From positions 124,001-144,078 of the forward strand of contig KZ538517.1 of assembly GCA_000934665.2 (NCBI GenBank): 20,078 nucleotides of DNA, in the 5' to 3' direction. Made by a program: the position numbers and the translations under genes. How positions within the stretch are numbered: the stretch's first letter is position 1; each line of letters begins with the position of its first letter. This DNA is from Catajapyx aquilonaris (Eukaryota). Below are positions 1-9,271 of the stretch, piece after piece. The notes below the pieces were generated by a model. The model was not told where the DNA came from and did no database searches. It saw only the letters and a list, made by a program, of their open reading frames with translations.

Positions 1-3000
1 TAAACTTTAACACCTAAAATGCAAATCTCAGTCACAATATAGTCGTGAAGGATTTTAAGATGTAAAAGTTTGACGGTTCTTCTATCTTTTGAATTATTCC
101 AACAAACACATTATGCAGTAGTTCTGAGAAAATTCATACGGCTTTAATAGAGTCTATGCAAAGTGCAGTCAGGTTCGCCCGAATAAGGTGATACTCCATA
201 TCAAACGAGGGCGGATCCAGCAGACCGTTTGACCCCTCTGGTATTATTATTTAAATCGACTTCTGGCAGAGAAACAGATGCATTATGAAGTGACATTTCT
301 ACAGTACTGTATTATCATTTACTGTGCGAATGAGATTCTAGAATGACATGAAAAATTAAATCCATATATCCAATTAGCACAAGACCAATGTAGTGCCCAA
401 TTCGTCAGATCAAGAGATATACCTGTAGCCTACAGGGGAAGAAGGTATACACTGTTTATATATTGTAAGTATAGTGTTTAGTTATACTCGTACGTTTGTT
501 TACTTGCTTGCTGTTAGCAATCTACAACATCATCACTTGTCCCAACTCATGTCCCCTTCTTGATTTGGGGACTTCGGAAATCTACTGTATACTCTCAGCA
601 GTATATGATGGTACAAAAGCGTAAAGAGCCAAATCTAGTAACTTCCAAACGCATGCAAAATTATGCCATTGTAGGTTATGATTATGAACCATACTAATTC
701 ACGAGTGATGCCTATTTTATGCTATAATAATGTTGTTTCGCAGCATATTCGCTATGCCATTTCGCATTTAGTGAGTTTCGAGGTAAGTCCACTTTCAAAC
801 CGAATAGTGCAGAGAGAAATATGGAGCCAACAAAAGACATTCATTAACATTACTTGAGACAATGACTCGCAAATAAAGCATTGTTCTATAGCTATTTTGT
901 AATATAATATGGTACATTAACCTGTGATTATACAGTACTGTATATAGAAAATGCCATCACAGATTTACAGTGTCACATTACTGCTGTAAACGGCATTACA
1001 TTATTGATGCGGAAGTGTAAAACATATTCTATGTAATATATTCGACACAATAAACTCGCTACATTGACTATGGCTGCAACTTGACCGTGAATAATTATGC
1101 CCATTATATCGACACACTACCTATATCTCCATGTAATCTACATTAGGCCTATACGCTATAATCATGTTTTAAAACCATTACGTACGTACTGTGCTATCGG
1201 TCAAAGGTTATTGCGGACACTTAATCTTTTAGGCATACAGTAAATTAATATCCTGTTTCAGTATAGGGAGGTATTGTTATGTCCGAGCTTTCAAATGTAT
1301 ATATTTCAATTTTTAATACACTACATACAGGAAGGCAGACATGCACTTTCCTTACTTGTTGAAAAGCCCTCATATTATGGAAAACTCACACTTTGAGCAG
1401 TATCATGCTTATGTCGAGAACATCTTGACCTGGCACGTGCCAAGACAAACTAGCTCACAAAGCAATTCAAATTTGCGTTATTTCTCACGAGGACACACAA
1501 AAAAAAGATCATCGTCTTCGTAGAGGGTGAAAAAAGTCAATTTCCCTCAGGGAGAGGTAGGAAACTCCTTTATCTTTAATCGGAAGGCAGATGCAGTGCA
1601 GTGTGCGTCGTGGCGATGCTTTAATGGAATTTATGTGGCGGTTGATCTAGCCGGATAAGCGGCCGAATTTCGTTCTGGAAATTGCGTTCTCTCATTTTTT
1701 TTCCACCATTTTTTTTTCACCCATCTGGCGGGTACTATAGGAAAAGGGGTACCATCAGCCTCTTGGCTTCTCCGATGGGATTCCTTCAGCCAACGACACA
1801 AGATGGGAGTCTGCTGGAATTTACGGCGCCCATGGGTGAACTGAAAACCCACCTTTCCTCTCCTCCCAAAACGACGCCAAATGTACATTTTTCACGGGAC
1901 TTTTCTGCCCAATTATTTCGCTACAACGTTGCCAGGAGAAAATAACGCACGCGAGGCTGGAGCTGATATTTCGCTGGTGTTGAAGGCTGGATGGGCTGGG
2001 AAAGTTGTATTTTCTTCAAAAAACTGTTGTAGTAATCGACTAATAGCTACAATGCAGGATATTACAGTAAAAGAAAGTGCTTTCAGAGATGGGCATTGTA
2101 CGAAATGTGCATGTGAATCAAATGCATTTTATACACGCCCACCAGCATGGTGAATCAGAATTCTATATTAAATTGCATCAGCAAATCCGCAGTATCAAAT
2201 GTCTGCTTTGCATGCAACCGACCGTGTATTTGAGGTATTCTCTCCAGTTATTTCGCGAGACGGAAAAGGTGGAAATTCTGTTCACCCTTCAAACGCATAT
2301 GGCACTATATATACGTTCAGCAAAAAAATTATTGTGATACCCCCAAAATACAAACCTCCATGCAAAAATGCTACTAGAAAATCCTATTAAAAATCTGCTT
2401 AGCTCCAGGCCAGTCACTCCTATTTCTGGTATACCACATCAATGTTACTGTCGGACACTGGACCCGCATTTTTTTATCTTTTGACCCAAGCAAGTGGTCA
2501 AAGCACGAATAAGCCTCAGTTTCGATCCCTGACTCCCAGAATGCAACAGCTGGTGCAAAACAGACCAACAGCCTCAATCTCTCCCCTAGGAACATTATTT
2601 CTCCATTTCCGCTGGAGAACGCAGCACTTGCACAGCACAACACAAGCCTAGGTTCTAGCTATTTGCACCCCCTGGATAAAAAGGACCATGGCACGCTTGG
2701 TCGGATGGATGAGTTTTCACCCGTTCGATAAACTTTTTTTTCGCTTCATGAAACTTGCCAATTTTTATCTCAAAACTAGGCAGCAGCATACAACCTATAT
2801 ATAGGATGCGGTCAGTACACTCATGAAAATTATGACCTTGCTTCGGAAAACAATATTTTCCTCAAATCTAGGTTAGCCCTATCAATAGTCGGATATATCG
2901 ATCAGTCCCGGATAATGTTCCACTAATCTCTAGCAATGTATACAACCCCCGGTTTAGGTTTGAAATGAGAAAAGATGGCGCCCTTTTAATCTGGAATTGG

Positions 3001-5706
3001 ATCTGAAAATGTTACTCGAAAGCTGGCGGGAAATAATGTCTTGTTCTCCCGGTTAAAAGAGCTCTGAGACAACGGTGTTAAATAGAACGGTTGAGGTTCC
3101 CTGTGGAGCACTTTGATCGACTTTATCACATCCGAACAGCGGGAAATAGAAGTAAATCAGGGCCGGTGCAGTATTAAAGCCATGTTTCTTCCTTCTACCT
3201 ATATACACAGACTGCACTTCATCTCAGCATGTGGCACGGATATGGTCGAGGAAATGGTTCGCCGCAGAAGAGAACGAAAAAAAAAACAAAATAAAACACT
3301 GGCTGTAACATGTCGCCGCAATAGCCTCGTGTGATTGACGGTCATTTTTGAAAAAGAAAAAAAAAATCATGAAAAAGTGACATCATTAGGGAGATTAATG
3401 AAATGGACGGATTGTTGGGGGGTAATCCAGCAGGCATGAATTTTCATCGGAATCCCACATATTAATAAACAATGTGCGTTTTGTCTGACTCACGTCATCG
3501 AACTAAACTGGCTGTCGTTCCCAAACACCTGACTGACATTTTGTGTCAAATTTAGCCCCATGTTGTATTCAGTGCCGTACAACTTGGACCCCACCCCTTT
3601 AAAGTGTGTTATCCGAGACACCAGCACGTACCCAGGAAAGGAAGGTGGGTTGGAGCCAATGCAAACAAACGTCAAATAGGAAGGGAATAAGAATGAACCA
3701 GGAGGGTGAAAGTGGCCTAGTCAGTAGTTTTGGAAATAAGATGGCCGCTCTGGCTATCCTTTGGCTCATCCACAGAAGCACCCAGCATCAAGATGGATGT
3801 GGCAATTTGCACTCGTAGAAGTTTTAAGTACTTTATGGACTAATAAAAATGGATTATTTCCGGAAAGCGCGCGTTTCTTAGCGGCCCGCATCCTCCCTGC
3901 AGAGGAGATGATGTTGGCTGCTTGGGAACTGAATTTCCTTCGCCTTAACTAATGGAACTCGGGGCCCTTACTTCGCTTTCCACAAGAGCTGAGCAGAAAC
4001 TTGCGTTCAAAAGGCTCCCATGTGGCTCTCTCTTTGGAAGATACTCGGTTCCAAAATATGAATTTCTCATCATGAGGTACGGTGACCTTTCGCTAATCAC
4101 CTTCGAATTCTCCATGCTCTAATACCGCAACCGCTGCATGCTCTCCAAGTATAATTTTTTAAAAACTATAGTCCGTATTATTAACGACATTTCTGCAAAC
4201 CTGCAGACTATACAATGCCGGACCAACTGTGGAGACGGTAATCCCGCCTCCTCATAGATCCCTGACCTAGTTGAGCCGTCCAAATCTGAGCGAACTTGGG
4301 TCCACTTCCGGCCACCTCCAAATCCCCTCCTTGACATTAGAGGAATGTAATTTGAGCCCAGATTGATTCAACGTGCCTCTATGCAGTTCCATCCCCAAAA
4401 AGCCCCCTTCTCGGGGTCCTTCTATCTTCCCGTTTGCAGGCCACAAAGGGCCCAGGATTCATTATCCCTTTCCTTTACCTCCATCCTGCGCCTTCATAAA
4501 AGCGCCACCTAAATCTCCTTCTCCCCAAAACCGAATCCTTCTGCTCCCTGGAGACAGCGATTAGTGTACGAGGACTTTTAAACGCACCCAACGTTACACC
4601 CGATTTCGCCATAATTCTAGCCGCATATCGTGCTAAAAGGCATATATATGAAGCTGTCGTCTCCAACAAGTGATCAATGGGGGTACGCAACTAGCAAGCA
4701 GAAGGGTCGGTTCCTGTAATTCCGAGTTAATTTCCGAGGCGCGTGAGATTTGCAGGGTTCCATCATCCGTTCCTTTTCTGTATGGCACCCCCAACAGCCT
4801 CCTTCAACCCTCTTCCCATCCTAGCAGTGCCTGTTGGAGTAAATGCGTTCCCTTCGAAGTCCTTTGATGGCGTCAAAGGAGCAAAGAAGGGAAAACGTCA
4901 GTCCGCCATTCCCTTCCGATGCTCAGGAAATTACATCATCGTTCTCCACCTGCGGTTTCGTCTCCGTTTCCTCTTTACGAAAATTATTGCTGCCTGTGGG
5001 AAAATCCTCCCTCGGGCATTATAAGGAAACGCCAACACTTCCGCTTCAAAGGAACCATCGATTTTATTCTTTCCCATTTTCCACTCGTTTTTACGCTTGT
5101 CTCAAAGCTAGTCTTTGCTCACTACTTTTTATGCGTCTCTCTCTCTCTTTCCGTCAGGTAAAGCCTCCAAGATGAACTGGATTCAGACATTCGCGCTTGT
5201 TACATCATCAGATTTGACGAGTTATTAGTTTCTTTCTCGGTTTTTCACCTTTGTGTTAATTGTATTAGTATATCGCAATGACGAAACTGGTTTCTAGTTT
5301 GGACAACAGTACCATACAGTCAGCCTTTTGGATGGATGAGACCAATATTGTGAAGTTGTCAATACAATTAGAAAAAAAGACTTGATATTCAAGTCTCTGC
5401 GTGCTTGTGGCAATAACACCTCATAACATTTTCATTTAAAAATAGGTGAAAAATCTATATTACTTAAATCTACCAACGCAAACATAAAATGTGCCTTATA
5501 GCAATGCAAAATGTAAAAATAATTATAACTCTCTTATAGATGCCTGGGACATTCGTCACGTGACCTTGGACCGTTTCCCTGGCACGCGCACATTATTATT
5601 TGAGTATGTTTAGTTATCACACATAAGGTGTTAATTTTATATAGATTTTTGCATCCCTATCTAGGAGCCACAATTAGCGATAACTTAATTAAAAGGACCC
5701 TAATAC

Positions 5707-5721
5707 TTGGAACACCCTGTA
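5707..5721. mobile_element. Possible lone Tc1-like terminal inverted repeat
   Basis: TTGGAACACCCTG-TA is the reverse complement of TA-CAGGGTGTTCCAA, a typical Tc1-family end; no partner end seen. Confidence 0.3.
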
Positions 5722-5866
5722 TCAACAGTGCAAAAAGAACTTTCCCAGTCATCCTGACGTGTGGGCAGGCCGCTTGACACACACCATGTAAGTTACATGG
5801 TGTGTGTCGAGCGGGCAGCACACACATCAGGATGACTGGGAAAGTTCTTTTTGGACTGATGGTACA
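5718..5866. repeat. 149-bp near-perfect palindrome (fold-back or MITE-like)
   Basis: 74-bp arms symmetric about base 5792, 66/74 matching, no indels; TA at 5720-21 and 5863-64. Confidence 0.9.
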
Positions 5867-6522
5867 TTGTCAGCATCAGAGAACTACCTGTGTCATTGCC
5901 CATTACTAAAACTTCGCTTTGCAAGTGATTGACATATTGTAAATCAATGAAATACAAAAACATGCATTATGAACACCCTGACTGAATCACCAAAGATGGC
6001 ATAATTTGGATGATGTGACGTGACTATAGCCAACAAGATATAAATGTGCGAGCTAAGGGAACCATTTCCATTTTTAATCTTACCAGTTGAGACCAGGAAT
6101 ATGAAGAGGAACTGCAGGGGTAAAAGGGACAGCTAAACAACAAACAATAGCCCGCAATAGCCAGTCTCTCGTATTATACATAAATGTCCTTTAGGTACGA
6201 TTTGTAAAGTAATAGGCAAATGAGAGATTTTTCTTGAATTTCTTTCTTCTCTGAAGTTTATTCTGGAGCCACAAGGTGATTCTACTGGACTTACGTCATA
6301 TCATCGCCATACAAGGGAAGCACAATAAATAAAATTTTGGTACAGTCGTTTTGATGTTATTCACATCACTAAGAATTATTTTAAAAATTGTATATCACAG
6401 CCTGGTGAAGCCCATTTAGTCCAAGCAATTCATAATGAGCCACAAAGCCTGGATTTTCTGCCTTCTCTAGCATGTAAGCAAGTGCAGGGTCGAATATTTC
6501 ACTGGGTACACTAATTCACTGG

Positions 6523-6589
6523 GTAATCTAATAATTGTGTGGGGTTTGGCAGTACAATACTGCCAAACCCCGCACGACTATTAGATTAC
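6523..6589. repeat. 67-bp hairpin/inverted repeat
   Basis: 32-bp arms (29/32 matching), 3-nt loop CAA. Confidence 0.9.
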
Positions 6590-6929
6590 AAATTAGATTA
6601 CTCCCAAAGATTAGCCTACTCCCAAAGTTAGGTCATATCTTAATTTTGCACATTAGATCTCATCAGCATTGATACACCGATTCTGATTGACCTATCATCA
6701 TCATTTAAATTTCTGAAACTATTAATAAATTCTTCGAGTTATCTTCTCACCATTTATTCTTGGAGTTTAGAGATTGTAAGGCCACAAAATATTTTACCCG
6801 ACTTAATAATAACAAACATAAAAAATTATTGTTTTTTACTTCTTTGACCGTTTGCTTACAAAATGGACTGCTATTACCATTCCTGGTGTGATACATCTGC
6901 TGTCACTGCAGTTTCCCCAGGGAGAGCAG

Positions 6930-7137
6930 TATTGGGTAGTTTTTGAGTCATATCAGGCCATCCTCAGACCAGACCTTTTCTCTTGGCCGAGAGAAGGGCA
7001 TGCCATTCTGCTTGGGCATGTGGGTAGAAGAGTGGAAAGAAATGCAGAAAAAAAACCTGACCAAAAGGTGACAGAGCCAGGATTAGAGCAGAGACCTCAG
7101 CTTGGCTGGCCAGTGGAATAACCACCACAGACCACCA
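6930..7137 (-). mobile_element. Degenerate tRNA-derived SINE-like element
   Basis: Minus strand reads GGTGGTCTGTGGTGGTTA..CACTGGCCAGCCAAGCTGAGGTCTCTGCTCTAATCCTGGC (decayed A and B boxes in tRNA spacing), then a T-run; 3' boundary uncertain. Confidence 0.4.
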
Positions 7138-8420
7138 AATTTTACAAGACTAACTTCATCGTGACACAGAGGGTTGGCATATAAAAACCACTTTCACAAT
7201 TTTCATTTCCAATATAACATTATGGTAAGTTATTTAGATCACACATCCAACATGACATGTTTACCTTTAATAAAAGTAAAAGAGGTTTCCTTATAAACCA
7301 AATGCTGTAGATTACCATCAGTGCAATAATACAAAAGTAACAGAAATTGGAAGTAGTGAATATGCAACACTGCTAACACATGTTGCTTCTATCTTTATTA
7401 TAACAACAATATAAATTTTTTACCATGTCCAAATAAACATAGTTAAGCATACACCACAATACATAACACCACAATGTATCACATAATGAGTCTTACAATA
7501 ATATATGATGAAAATAAGAAATACAGCCTGGCTGGAAGTTTTAGTATACAGCTTACCACAGAAAAAAAAAGATGCTCCACAATCACCATCAGTATGATTT
7601 GTCATGAAAAGTCATCACCACAGGGGTCTCCTGTGTTGCAGTCTGCTACTCACTCCCTAGTTAAACTTGCATGATCAGTGGATTCAGCGGGAGTGCCAGC
7701 ACATGGGTTACACTCTCATACGAACCTCTCTGATGTTTCGTAACCAGGATGTATGTAGTTCTCATGATTCAGTTCCCTCACCCAGAAGAATGGCATCAGA
7801 AACATTATAACCAGAAGAGCCAGCCATGGAGCCAGGCACTTGCCCAGTCGAGACTCACACATATCTTTGGATCAAAATGGAAACACCATTAACACACGTT
7901 ACAGCTACAAATGAGCAAAGTTACAAATTGCTGCCTTTAAAGGGATTGCTAGAACGCAACTCTGTGCAGGTATACATCCCATTTCCAACTACTAATACTG
8001 GTCCATGAAAACATAGTTACTGGTTGGTAAAAAGCAGTGACAACAATATTATTGCAATGAGAAATCACAACTTGGTCTTCTAACTGCATGCTAAGGTACA
8101 GTATGCAACATGAAACTGCCTAGTGAGTCCCTGCTACCACTGACTACACTGCCACATCGGCCCGTGTGCAAAAATTCTATGTGAAAGTTGGAAAAAGCTA
8201 TACAAGCTGAGAAATAGTAGAGGAGCCTGGACAAGTGCAGAGCAGTTTATCCCAAGCCCCCACCTGTGATCGGATAAGCTGCAGGGTCTCCTGATTTGTG
8301 GGAATCCCGATCCACGGGATGGACGTGCTTTCACCTGCAGTGCGGAGAAGCGGTGCCGACGAGGAGTGAGGCCACGGACACGGAGGAGTAACCTTTGCCG
8401 ACAGCCAGCCACCTAGCAAA

Positions 8421-8614
8421 GCGCCATTTTCTCCGGGTACAGAGCAAGTGAGCAACTGAGAGGAGGGGAGGTCACGTGACTCAGAGTGCCAGGATCGATG
8501 CGCTACTATTTTGCCATCGTCGTAATACAAATTTCCAATGATTTTATCCTCGATACCATCAATTGGCAACATCCACGTGCGTCGGTGAGAGCCTGAGAGG
8601 TGACGGCACGTGAC
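8421..8614. promoter_or_regulatory. CpG-retaining putative regulatory region upstream of the mTERF start, with an E-box cluster
   Basis: GTCACGTGAC 8471-8480; CACGTG 8574-8579 and 8607-8612; YY1/Pho-type GCGCCATTTT 8421-8430. Confidence 0.35.
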
Positions 8615-8754
8615 GGATGCTGGCTGAGAGCTGAGCTGCTAGTGCTGCTGGAGGGACGTGGGACCGGTGGCAACTTGGGAGCCAGTGTGTGGCACATCAG
8701 GACCAGTCAGCAGTCAGTGGTGCGTCGTCTGATGTCAACGTATGGTCAGCAGCG

Positions 8755-9271
8755 ATGCAGTCCTGTTCGCCAAGAATGGTGCAGCAGTTGGTGGCCTTGT
8801 TGTCCAGCAGCAGCTTTAACCACCGTCCTCTTAAGGCCTGCCTGAAGCTTGTGCACTACACTGGCAGCCTTAGGGCAACAACAGCTGCCTTCTCTACCAA
8901 CCTGCTGCCAGCCCCACAATCGCGACTGTACTGCAGCCACAGCACTGATGATGCCACTTCTCACAGCACTGAAAATTCAGGTGAGGTATCCACCGCCTCC
9001 ACAGCAGCAGATGAAGAGACGGTTGTGGAGTTGCTGGCTCCCCAAATTCCGTCAGTGGACGGGAGGACTCTGGCCCCCCGGCGGGCAATTAGGAACTTGC
9101 AAGCGGCTCTAAGGTGGAGTGCAAAGGTGGCAACCCAAGCAGTCGAGAGCAATCCAGAGGTCAAGTACCGCACTTCAGCCAAGATTACTGACACCGTCAC
9201 CTTTCTCAGGAAGGCTGGGATCAAGGAGGAACGCATTCGGAATAACCCTTGGGTTCTTTCCTTAAAGACAA
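8755..9271 (+). CDS. mTerf5: mTERF coding exon 1
   Basis: First in-frame ATG after the TGA at 8632; ends ...WVLSLKT a|gtgagc (donor 9272, phase 1). Confidence 0.75.

Noticed and set aside
1950..2950. Possible old DNA-transposon remnants
   Set aside because: Only an 8-bp inverted match (CTGGAGCT/AGCTCCAG); no definable TIR pair or TSD
1341..5175. Many 60-110 aa ORFs on both strands
   Set aside because: Mostly non-ATG starts, mutually overlapping, no recognisable domain and no consistent exon chain; reads as non-coding DNA
8134..8572. 92-aa and 124-aa minus-strand ORFs upstream of mTERF
   Set aside because: No motif recognised; expected by chance in GC-rich sequence
8689..8754. GTG-start N-terminal extension of the mTERF ORF
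   Set aside because: Artefact of bacterial-style start calling; the presequence-like segment begins at ATG 8755 or 8776
8945..8975. CTGATGA...GAAA hammerhead-like core
   Set aside because: Inside the mTERF coding exon with no convincing stems; coincidental
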